Positions 52,842 to 61,203 of a stretch of 62,999 nucleotides of DNA are shown one piece after another (positions within the stretch are counted from its first letter, which is position 1; every line of letters begins with the position of its first letter). The translations under genes and the position numbers were made by a program. This DNA comes from Candidatus Woesebacteria bacterium RIFCSPHIGHO2_02_FULL_42_20 (GTDB lineage Bacteria; Patescibacteriota; Microgenomatia; UBA8517). The DNA is taken from NCBI GenBank assembly GCA_001792535.1, contig MGGS01000014.1, forward strand, positions 1 to 62,999, in the 5' to 3' direction. The notes under the pieces are model-generated. The model ran no database searches and was not told the DNA's origin. It worked only from the letters and a program-made list of their open reading frames with translations.

Positions 52842-53828
52842 CTACTTAATAATACTTTCAATATCTTGTATAGTCTTTTCGTCAACATCGACAAAACCGC
52901 TTTTCATGGTTCGATTGCGAATTCCTATTTTATTTTCACCGGGAATCCGAATCTTTTCACCACTAACAGACTTTGAGTTTCTCACCCTGCCAACCAGCTT
53001 CTCTACTTTTTCCTTAAACTTACCAGTACTAGTTAACAGGCCGGGATCAATCACGATAAACAAATTTCCCCAACCGTCACCGTCTTTTAAATCCAGATAT
53101 TGCGCACCCGGAAACACTCCAGCAAGAATTTCGACCATCATTGCAAGACCGTAACCTTTGTATGAATTATCGAAGGTTAAAAACGCCCCTTCAAGCGCCT
53201 CGCTTGGATCTGTGGTCATTTTCCCTTGCCTATCAATTGCAACATTCTCAGGAAGTTTTTCACCAAGATTTTTTGCCCGTGCTACCGCTCCATAACTTAT
53301 GGCTGCAGTTGCCATATCAAAAATCAAAGGGCTCCCCTTTTTGGGAATACCGAATGAAATTGGATTGGTTCCAAACAATCTGTCCAGCCCTCCGTGAGGA
53401 GCAACGTCCGAAGGAGCCCTTGCCATCACGATTGCAATCAAATCTTCATTAGCTATCTTTTCTAGATAATAAGTAAGACACCCTGAAGAACTGGTCGAGT
53501 CTTTGCTGCCCACAATACCAATACCGTATTTTTTACCAAGCTTAATAACCGCTTGGCAGGCAATTGCTCCAATTAACATACCGGGGTTACCTTTCCCTTG
53601 GATTAGTTCTGAGTTTCTTGATCTTTTTACTACTGAAGGATAGCCTTTGGGCTTCCGCGAAAGAATATTTTCACCAGATGAGCATATCCTGATAATTCCG
53701 TGAGATTTTGTGTTTGACAACTCCCCAAACATAATAATTGGAGTCATTAAGTCAACCGCCCTTTTGTCGTATTTTGTAAACAGAGCTTTACGTACTACCT
53801 TTTCCAGTTCTTTAATTTTTATTTTCAT
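52842..53828 (-). CDS. Ldh_2-family (malate/L-lactate/sulfolactate dehydrogenase type 2) oxidoreductase
   Basis: 328 aa with SHGIIR, GTNPISFGIP, ISYGAVARA and YKGYGLAMMVEILAG. Confidence 0.7.
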   Translation of the reverse strand: MKIKIKELEKVVRKALFTKYDKRAVDLMTPIIMFGELSNTKSHGIIRICSSGENILSRKPKGYPSVVKRSRNSELIQGKGNPGMLIGAIACQAVIKLGKKYGIGIVGSKDSTSSSGCLTYYLEKIANEDLIAIVMARAPSDVAPHGGLDRLFGTNPISFGIPKKGSPLIFDMATAAISYGAVARAKNLGEKLPENVAIDRQGKMTTDPSEALEGAFLTFDNSYKGYGLAMMVEILAGVFPGAQYLDLKDGDGWGNLFIVIDPGLLTSTGKFKEKVEKLVGRVRNSKSVSGEKIRIPGENKIGIRNRTMKSGFVDVDEKTIQDIESIIK

Positions 53829-54756
53829 TTTTTAGTTTCCTAAAATTACCAACCAGTCCAACATTTGTTATCCTAAAATGTTGTAAGGTCAACCAAAACA
53901 TTCCTCCTCCAATAAGCATTAGGCCTAAGTATTGATTTAGTGTCGGTACTTCTTTTAGAATCAAAATCGAACCGAGGAAAGAAATAGCAACCGACAAAGG
54001 AAGTATTGCCGATGCTTTTGATAGCGGTAACCTAGCCAATCCTTGATGCCACAGGAAAAAATCAAAAGCTCTAAAAATCAAGCCAAAAATAACTATATTA
54101 AAAAGATTATTAAAACTTGATAGTTGCGTTATATCGGCCGGGTTAGATATTAAAGCAACAATTGTAACAATCAACCCTCCATACAGAAGCCTGGAGACTA
54201 TAATAAAGTTTGGGTCTTTCAATCTAACAAGTATTTTCTTCATTATTACATGAGAAAGCTGAAAAAATAATGGAACCGTAACCAGAAACAAATCTCCAAT
54301 ATTTACAGCCGAGAGCCCTTTATAGGCAACTACCATCGCACCAAAAACCATTATAATTGTGGAAAACAATTGGTCTTTTTTAATAACTTCGTGTAATAAG
54401 ATTGCAGAAAGTATTACCGAGTAGACCGGTTCTATTTGGATAATAAGCCCTGTATTTATCCCACTCGATAACCTTGTTCCCGAGAAAAATGCCATACTGC
54501 CAAGAGCTGTCAGCAGGGCAATCATAAGAAGTGGTTTTAAGTAAAGTGCAGAATACATTGTGTTAAACTTTTTTTGTTTTGCAAGCAAGACTGTAAACGG
54601 GAGAGACCCAACCAGCATTGCCAATCCAGCAAATAGTAAAGGGTTCATTGTATATGAAAATTTATGGGCAAAGACCGGGAATAACCCATAAATAAACATG
54701 TCAGCTACAACTAAGAAATACCCTAAATTAACCGACTTTGAAAATTTATTTTTCAT
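53812..54756 (-). CDS. DMT-superfamily (EamA-like) transporter
   Basis: 314 aa with ten hydrophobic helices arranged as two similar halves. It has an ATGA overlap with the upstream GT2. Confidence 0.65.
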   Translation of the reverse strand: MKNKFSKSVNLGYFLVVADMFIYGLFPVFAHKFSYTMNPLLFAGLAMLVGSLPFTVLLAKQKKFNTMYSALYLKPLLMIALLTALGSMAFFSGTRLSSGINTGLIIQIEPVYSVILSAILLHEVIKKDQLFSTIIMVFGAMVVAYKGLSAVNIGDLFLVTVPLFFQLSHVIMKKILVRLKDPNFIIVSRLLYGGLIVTIVALISNPADITQLSSFNNLFNIVIFGLIFRAFDFFLWHQGLARLPLSKASAILPLSVAISFLGSILILKEVPTLNQYLGLMLIGGGMFWLTLQHFRITNVGLVGNFRKLKNENKN

Positions 54757-55625
54757 TTCTTGTTATTATACTCCCCAGTCCAGTATTTAAAGTAAGAAAT
54801 TGGGAAATGCCAGGCGGAAAAAACCGACCAGACAAAGCCGTACATTCCGTCGAGGAAACCTTTGTGGCGAATATATAACTTCAGAAATGTGAATAGTGGT
54901 TTGTGGATGGTGTAAAGAGCGAGATAAAACAAATTCTTGGGAACTTTTTCGTCAGCAAGCTCTTGGGCCTGCAAGTCGGTGTAGCGGTTAAGTCGTGCTA
55001 TATAGCGAGCGAGTGTCGGTGAATCGGTGTGAATCAAATCATTAAACAACCATGCCACTTCTCCGTCTATTATCATCTGCTCATGAACGGATTTTGCCGG
55101 AAGCCTTGCCTTTCCTTGTTTAATTAAACGAATTACGGCATCAGGATAAACTCCGGCATGGATTAAGGGTTTGCCCAAAAACAGGTTTCTGCGGGGAATA
55201 AAAAAAGCGACGACTTCGCCTGTATTTTTGCCTAGTTTCCCATCCCGGGTTTCAATGACCCTTTGATGCCTCGCAAAAAGTCTCGCTTTTTTGCTGGATG
55301 GTGGATGGTGAATTGTGGATGGTGAATTAATAACCTCCCTAATCTCTTTTGCAAGTTCGGGAGTAACGCTCTCGTCTGCATCGAGTTGTAAAACCCATTC
55401 TCCTAAGGCCTTATCAATCGCCTTCTGTTTAGTTTTATGGAAAATCGGCTCGTGTGAAACAATAAAAACTTTAGCGCCGAATTTTTTTGCGATCTCGCGA
55501 GTTTTGTCAGTTGACTCTTCGTCAAAAACAATGATTTCTCCGGCAATGTCCTTTACTGACTCAAGACATCTGCCAATGTTTTCCTCTTCGTTTCTAGTGG
55601 CCAAAACAACTGAAAGCCTTTTCAT
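54753..55625 (-). CDS. glycosyltransferase family 2 (WaaE/KdtX-like)
   Basis: It has LSVVLATRNEEENI, IIVFDEESTDKT, LQLDADE, GVYPDAVIRL and two C-terminal hydrophobic helices. The track start at 55637 is TTG; the ATG at 55623-55625 lies 1 nt after the upstream stop. Confidence 0.8.
   Translation of the reverse strand: MKRLSVVLATRNEEENIGRCLESVKDIAGEIIVFDEESTDKTREIAKKFGAKVFIVSHEPIFHKTKQKAIDKALGEWVLQLDADESVTPELAKEIREVINSPSTIHHPPSSKKARLFARHQRVIETRDGKLGKNTGEVVAFFIPRRNLFLGKPLIHAGVYPDAVIRLIKQGKARLPAKSVHEQMIIDGEVAWLFNDLIHTDSPTLARYIARLNRYTDLQAQELADEKVPKNLFYLALYTIHKPLFTFLKLYIRHKGFLDGMYGFVWSVFSAWHFPISYFKYWTGEYNNKK
55301..55328 (-). repeat. perfect 14-nt tandem duplication inside the GT2 gene
   Basis: GTGGATGGTGAATT occurs at 55301-55314 and again at 55315-55328, preceded by the related CTGGATG (55294-55300). 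The two copies are read in different frames (NSPST / IHHPP). Confidence 0.9.
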
Positions 55626-55626
55626 T

Positions 55627-57255
55627 TCAATTTTCAACTACCCTAAAATACCTGAAACCATTTGTTCCATAAATATCCTTAATAACGTTCACGCCCTCCG
55701 GAATTTCTTCTTCCGTCCCTATTATAAGACTATTGGGATAATTTTCCCGCGTCTCATTAAACTTTATTGACTCAAATTTAAAATTGGCGAATTCCCGAAC
55801 AGTCGAGAAACCAAAATTATCGCGGGACGTCAGTGTGTGTTTATTTTGAAACTTCTCCGGAGGATACTTCAAATAAAATAAAAACAACACATATGGTTGG
55901 TCATATCTGTCCGTAACTATTATCCTGTCAAACTTCCCACTGATTTCTTTTACATAGGCTACCAACTCTTTTACTCCGTATTGTGACGAATACGGATACT
56001 CTTTAGCCATATGTACCCAGTACATGTGTAAATACCGGCTGGATTCCAAAGCAACAATCCCGAACACCATACACCATACACCGAGCACTAAAATTCTTTT
56101 CCCAAATATATATCTTATAAAATCAAAGAACTTTAATAGCCCGTATGCGGATATGATTGTCAACGGTATTACCATGTTTTGAGATCGCAGCGCATGCGGC
56201 GACTGAAAAGTCAATGCGGCGGCAACGGGCGAAACCAATAACCAATAGCTAATAACCAAGAACTTTTTATTGAGTTTTTTGACCATAAACCATAAACCAA
56301 CGACTAAAGCTATTAATTGGAACAAATATAATTGCCCTGTTTCCGGGGCTCTGTTTCTTTGAATGTCGTCCCCGGATAAAAACAAAAACTCACCCCAAAA
56401 ATGCTTTCCCCAGTTTTCCAAAAATGCGAGACTGTAGTTGACAATTTTATTGTGCAAAATTATTGACGGAAGCCCGACATGGTTCTCATGCTCACCCCTT
56501 TGCTCTTGTATTCTTGAAATAATTCCCTGATCAGCAAAAATTCCGACACCTTGCACACGAGAAAAGAAACTGCCACCTGATGTTTCCTTGATCAAAGGCA
56601 TTAGTAAAAAAAGACCGATGACCGCAGACACTACTAAACTTTTTTTATTTTTGAATATTTCTTTGGAGTAAATACCAAGAAGTCCAAAAACCAATAACGG
56701 AGTTATTATTCTCGCGGCATGATAAGTATATAAAGAAAGTACAAACAACGTACAACTTACAACTAAGTACTTTGAATTTTTTAAAGACTTGAAAAAGAAT
56801 AATAATCCGGACGTGATAAAAAATGTCGCAACATTTACTTCCCAACCACCGCGAGAAAAATGAATATGCCAAGGACTAATCACCAGCAGAGCCGGCGCCA
56901 TAATTTCCAATTTCCAATTTCCAATTTTCAATTGTTTAACTAATAAATACAAAACCAGAACTGTTCCTACGCCGGCTAAGGCTCCAGGAACTCTGACCGC
57001 CCAGACATTTAACCCTAAAGTCTTGACAAACGGTAAAACCAAGTAAACTAAAAGCCCCGGTTTATAGTCATTAAAAGATTGGAAACTAATTGGCCAAGGA
57101 TTCCCATGCTGATCCTTGCCTGTTTGAATAAGAGAATACGCGTCATAGCCGATAGAAGCTTCATCGGCATTTAAAGCGGGGTAATCTCCGAGTTGCCAAA
57201 AACGTAAAACAGTAACTAATAAAAGTATTAATATCAATAAAACTTTAGTTTTCAT
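55627..57255 (-). CDS. GT39-type ArnT/PMT-like GT-C glycosyltransferase (paralog 1 of 4)
   Basis: 542 aa. The first-loop motif is LNADEASIGYDAYSLIQTGKDQHGN..FQSFNDYKPGL. It is polytopic with a ~150-aa C-terminal soluble domain. Confidence 0.75.
   Translation of the reverse strand: MKTKVLLILILLLVTVLRFWQLGDYPALNADEASIGYDAYSLIQTGKDQHGNPWPISFQSFNDYKPGLLVYLVLPFVKTLGLNVWAVRVPGALAGVGTVLVLYLLVKQLKIGNWKLEIMAPALLVISPWHIHFSRGGWEVNVATFFITSGLLFFFKSLKNSKYLVVSCTLFVLSLYTYHAARIITPLLVFGLLGIYSKEIFKNKKSLVVSAVIGLFLLMPLIKETSGGSFFSRVQGVGIFADQGIISRIQEQRGEHENHVGLPSIILHNKIVNYSLAFLENWGKHFWGEFLFLSGDDIQRNRAPETGQLYLFQLIALVVGLWFMVKKLNKKFLVISYWLLVSPVAAALTFQSPHALRSQNMVIPLTIISAYGLLKFFDFIRYIFGKRILVLGVWCMVFGIVALESSRYLHMYWVHMAKEYPYSSQYGVKELVAYVKEISGKFDRIIVTDRYDQPYVLFLFYLKYPPEKFQNKHTLTSRDNFGFSTVREFANFKFESIKFNETRENYPNSLIIGTEEEIPEGVNVIKDIYGTNGFRYFRVVEN
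56064..56082 (-). repeat. heptanucleotide tandem repeat inside GT39 paralog 1
   Basis: ACACCAT ACACCAT ACACC, about 2.7 copies. This stretch encodes GVWCMV. Confidence 0.8.
56903..56930 (-). repeat. heptanucleotide tandem repeat inside GT39 paralog 1
   Basis: ATTTCCA x3 (56903-56923) is followed by ATTTTCA (56924-56930). This stretch encodes KIGNWKLEI. Confidence 0.85.
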
Positions 57256-58901
57256 CTAGTCTCAACAATTCTAAAAGCAACTTGCCCGTCCGGATAAGTC
57301 ACATCGTTTACCAATTTAAATTCAGGTATTCTAGTCAATATCTCTTCCGGCAAAGTAACGTAATTGGCAACTACCAAATACTTATTTTGATTACGCAGAT
57401 CTGGGATATTAATATCGGCAAACTCGATTTTCTCCAAACTCTTGACCAAACCGACATCCGGACCGGTCAAGACCAGGTTTGCTTGTTTTTGAAAAGTTGA
57501 AGGATCGTATTTTGCATAAAACAAAAAATACATATATGGCTGACTGTAGCTTTGCTGAAAAACTATTTTTGTATAATTTTCTCTAGCTGGCCAAATTTGC
57601 TGAACAACCTGTTCATAGCCATAGAACCAATACTTGGCGTTGTGAGTCGGCTGATGAACAAAATAGGAATCGAGAAAGTAAATAATATTTCCGAAATACA
57701 AAATACAAAATACGACATATACCAAACGCTTAAATTTAAATCTTCTAACAAATTCAAAAAACTGGATTACACCTAATGCAACTATAATAATCAACGAAAC
57801 TGCCATACTTAGGCTTCTGATTGAATTTACCTGATCACGAGAAACCGCCCCCGGTAAAGGAGCCAGGATCAGCCATGCCAAAACAAACCACTTAAATCGG
57901 GATTTGAATTTTACCAAATACATAAGACCTAGAATTAGCAATACAGAATCTAAAAGCAATAACATTCCGGCATTCGGCGGAGTGTGACCGGGATTTGCAT
58001 AGTCACCTTCAAAAAACAGAAATCTGGCAGAAAAGTAATTAAACCACCGGCCCATTACACCCCTTAGGAAGTTGAAAGTTTCCGAGTGAAACAAATAGTA
58101 ATTGATACCTCCGATTTTTTCTCCACCTTCGTCTAAAAAGTTTTGCATATAGTCAACCGGTCTTGGATAAGAAAAAACACTAAAGACTTCGAGTCTTCCT
58201 GCTTGACCATGCAGGAGACTCAGTATAATCGGTGCACAAATAAGTAGACCCAAAACCCCTGACGAAACCAAAACTTGCCGATCAATTTTTAATACAGATT
58301 TGAAATACACAATTACCAATACCGCAACTACAATTGTCGTTGACAATTTTGCTCCTTGGTAAGTCAAATACGTCAATGCCAAAAAACCGGATGACAGAAG
58401 CAAAAGTTTGCTGTATTTAAAAGATTTAAAAAAGAAATAAATGCCCGCCAGAGTAAGAGTTAGCGCTACATTTGCTTCCCAAGCACCGCGGGAAAAGTAA
58501 ATCAACCAAGGATTGACCGCAGCAAAAAAAGCCGCGGGAATTGCCAATTTCCAATTATCAGTTTTCAAACAAATTCTAAATATCAAAAATACCGATAAAA
58601 TACCAAAAAGGGCACTTGGAAGCCGAACGGCAAATTCCGTAAGCCCAAAGATGGCCACAAAGGGAACTGTCAAATATACATACAGACCTGGTTTATAATC
58701 ACCAAAGGATTTGAAAATGACAGGTAAAATCTGCCCATACTCGTCTTTACCTGTCTTTAATATAGAATAAGCATTGTATCCCAACGCCGCCTCGTCTGGC
58801 GTTAAATGCGGCGGATTACCGCCCAAATTCCAGAGGCGCAAGATTGCTGCAATAATAATTATTACTAATAAAATTATTTTTATAACAATGAATCGATTCA
58901 T
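57252..58901 (-). CDS. GT39-type ArnT/PMT-like GT-C glycosyltransferase (paralog 2 of 4)
   Basis: It has LTPDEAALGYNAYSILKTGKDEYGQ..FKSFGDYKPGL. The track start at 58913 is GTG; the ATG at 58899-58901 forms an ATGA overlap. Confidence 0.75.
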   Translation of the reverse strand: MNRFIVIKIILLVIIIIAAILRLWNLGGNPPHLTPDEAALGYNAYSILKTGKDEYGQILPVIFKSFGDYKPGLYVYLTVPFVAIFGLTEFAVRLPSALFGILSVFLIFRICLKTDNWKLAIPAAFFAAVNPWLIYFSRGAWEANVALTLTLAGIYFFFKSFKYSKLLLLSSGFLALTYLTYQGAKLSTTIVVAVLVIVYFKSVLKIDRQVLVSSGVLGLLICAPIILSLLHGQAGRLEVFSVFSYPRPVDYMQNFLDEGGEKIGGINYYLFHSETFNFLRGVMGRWFNYFSARFLFFEGDYANPGHTPPNAGMLLLLDSVLLILGLMYLVKFKSRFKWFVLAWLILAPLPGAVSRDQVNSIRSLSMAVSLIIIVALGVIQFFEFVRRFKFKRLVYVVFCILYFGNIIYFLDSYFVHQPTHNAKYWFYGYEQVVQQIWPARENYTKIVFQQSYSQPYMYFLFYAKYDPSTFQKQANLVLTGPDVGLVKSLEKIEFADINIPDLRNQNKYLVVANYVTLPEEILTRIPEFKLVNDVTYPDGQVAFRIVETR

Positions 58902-59524
58902 CGAAATATACACTTATCTAACAATTTCGATACACTCCCGAACTCTCCTTTTTCGGCTAACGCCAGACCCTGAATACGCCCTTCAAAATTTCTGAACTCT
59001 TTAATTAGTTTATTCATTGCCTTAATTCCCAAACTTTCATTTTCGAATTTAACTAAATTCATGTGAGGTCTATACAAATCCAAAACATAAGGATAACCAA
59101 ATTCCCTTATATTTATAGCTTCTGATTGCGAGTAAATCCCTTTTTCTATCTCCTCGTGATACTTTTCTCTCACGTGTCCCTCTCTAAGTAAATTAAGTTC
59201 TTTAACTAAATCTTCATGTATTTTCAAGATATCTTTTGTTTTTTTAAAGTTCACCCCCACATATCCCCAACCGCTTTCCAAGCCCTGAGACCACAGCTTA
59301 CTGCCATGCAACTTATTAGAATAATTTTTGAGGGAAGATCTAATCTTACTTAAATTCTTTACCGGGTATTCGGCGTGGTAGATTGTAATGTGTGGTAGGT
59401 GATCTACATCTAACTTGAATTGGCATTTACCAAATTTTTCAGCTTCATTCGCTAGTCTGTATGCAAGTTTTTCTGATCTTTCATCTAGTAAAAATAAGAC
59501 TCTTAGAGCGATAAATTTACTCAT
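58898..59524 (-). CDS. hypothetical protein, possible 2H-phosphoesterase (LigT-like) fold
   Basis: 208 aa. One clear H-x-T motif (LPHITIYH) is present. A second His motif is degenerate (RPHMNLV). ATGA overlaps occur on both sides. Confidence 0.3.
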   Translation of the reverse strand: MSKFIALRVLFLLDERSEKLAYRLANEAEKFGKCQFKLDVDHLPHITIYHAEYPVKNLSKIRSSLKNYSNKLHGSKLWSQGLESGWGYVGVNFKKTKDILKIHEDLVKELNLLREGHVREKYHEEIEKGIYSQSEAINIREFGYPYVLDLYRPHMNLVKFENESLGIKAMNKLIKEFRNFEGRIQGLALAEKGEFGSVSKLLDKCIFR

Positions 59525-61203
59525 ATATTTTCATAAATTTCAAACGCCAGATCGCCGTCCAGAAAATTGATTGTTTCAAACTTTTTCCAAATACCTGAAA
59601 AATCTTGACCTCCGGCAATCAATAAACATTTTGAGCTTTTGCAATCAACAGTTATTTTGCTTTCCAAAATAAACTTCCTTTCCCTCACTCTATCTTCCGT
59701 TATTTCCCAGTCATTAACAAAATAAAATTTGTCAAACCCATCCACCCACCACCAATTCGATTGATAAAAGCGAACGAGACTAGTATCCTTCAAATAATTT
59801 CCCGGGTCCCACTTTAAATAAAACAATATAAACTCATGCGGTTCACCATGTTTTTTTGTAATTAATATTTTGTCGTACTTGTCATAATTTTCCTTTACAA
59901 AACCTACCATTTCTTTATATCCGTACTGCCAACTGTCAGAATAATTAACCCTGTAATCATTAAAATAAGTCTGCATGTAACCTTCCAATGAAATAAGGAC
60001 CAAGACAAGGTATACAAAAACAAATAAATGTTTGAATTTTTTTAAGAAAAACCCCAAGCCAAGGGCAGTCAAGATCATCGGAACAGGAAGAATGACAATA
60101 GACCGCAAAACATGGGGGGCCTCGCGGGTCAAGCTTGAAGCGGTTGGTGCCAAAAGTAACCAAACAATTAACAACCGTCCATATTTATAATTTCTGAATT
60201 TTAAAAATACCATCACCAGTCCCAAATAAAAAAACGGTAAATTAACCAAATGTAATAATCCACGCTCCGGAATACTGAATTGATAATTGCTTCCGCCTTC
60301 AAAAAACAAAAACCTCGGACCGAAATGCGGTATGTAGTTCTTTACAAATATGGGTACAAAATAAGTTACCTTATTACACACAAGTCTTGAGCAACCGTTG
60401 TTTCTGGCTTCATTAATTTTGGCAATTAGACCTTGATCCAATATTTGCACTTCACCGTAGCGCGCTTGGCCAATTGGGCGGGCAAGCTGCCAAAACATGG
60501 GCACTAAAAACACCAGTGCAGTGATTAGTGAACAGCGAATAGTGGATGGTGATATTTTATAAATTGCCAAGAATTTTTCACGATAAATAATTACTAAGGA
60601 AACTAAAAATAGTGGTACAAACACTCTAGCCGAGTTATAAGACCAAACCGATAAACCAAAAAAAAGCGAGGCAAATAACAAATAGTTTTTTGTTCTTAGC
60701 CCTCTTAGAAAAAAATAGGTGCCGGAGATAATGAAAAACACCGCAATATCAGCCTCGAGAGCTATCCTGGAAGTAAACAAACTCCAAGGCTCGACTGCCA
60801 TGAGCAGGGCGGAAAGCGCTGCAAACGTTCGAGTGTATGGTGTCCGGTGTTTTTTACTATCAAATAGCTCTAAAACAAGAAAATAGGTAAACAAAATACT
60901 CAATGTCCCGGCAACTAGCGAAGGAAGCCGGACGGCGAACTCGGTCAAACCGAAAACGGCAATACCCGGGATGGATATATATACGTATGCCGGTAATTTA
61001 TAATCGCCGTATGCTCTAAAAATTGTCGGCAGCTTATTTCCCCATTCATCATGGCCCGTTTTAAAAACCGAATAGGCATTATACCCGAGGCTTACCTCAT
61101 CCCAATTCAAAGCCGGCGGTACTTGCGAAATTTGATAAATCCGCAGAGCCAGCGACAGTAATAGAATCAAAAAGATAGAGATGTTAGCTTTAATTAGCCG
61201 CAT
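59521..61203 (-). CDS. GT39-type ArnT/PMT-like GT-C glycosyltransferase (paralog 3 of 4)
   Basis: It has LNWDEVSLGYNAYSVFKTGHDEWGN..FRAYGDYKLPA. The track start at 61233 is TTG; the ATG at 61201-61203 overlaps the upstream gene by 14 nt. Confidence 0.75.
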   Translation of the reverse strand: MRLIKANISIFLILLLSLALRIYQISQVPPALNWDEVSLGYNAYSVFKTGHDEWGNKLPTIFRAYGDYKLPAYVYISIPGIAVFGLTEFAVRLPSLVAGTLSILFTYFLVLELFDSKKHRTPYTRTFAALSALLMAVEPWSLFTSRIALEADIAVFFIISGTYFFLRGLRTKNYLLFASLFFGLSVWSYNSARVFVPLFLVSLVIIYREKFLAIYKISPSTIRCSLITALVFLVPMFWQLARPIGQARYGEVQILDQGLIAKINEARNNGCSRLVCNKVTYFVPIFVKNYIPHFGPRFLFFEGGSNYQFSIPERGLLHLVNLPFFYLGLVMVFLKFRNYKYGRLLIVWLLLAPTASSLTREAPHVLRSIVILPVPMILTALGLGFFLKKFKHLFVFVYLVLVLISLEGYMQTYFNDYRVNYSDSWQYGYKEMVGFVKENYDKYDKILITKKHGEPHEFILFYLKWDPGNYLKDTSLVRFYQSNWWWVDGFDKFYFVNDWEITEDRVRERKFILESKITVDCKSSKCLLIAGGQDFSGIWKKFETINFLDGDLAFEIYENI

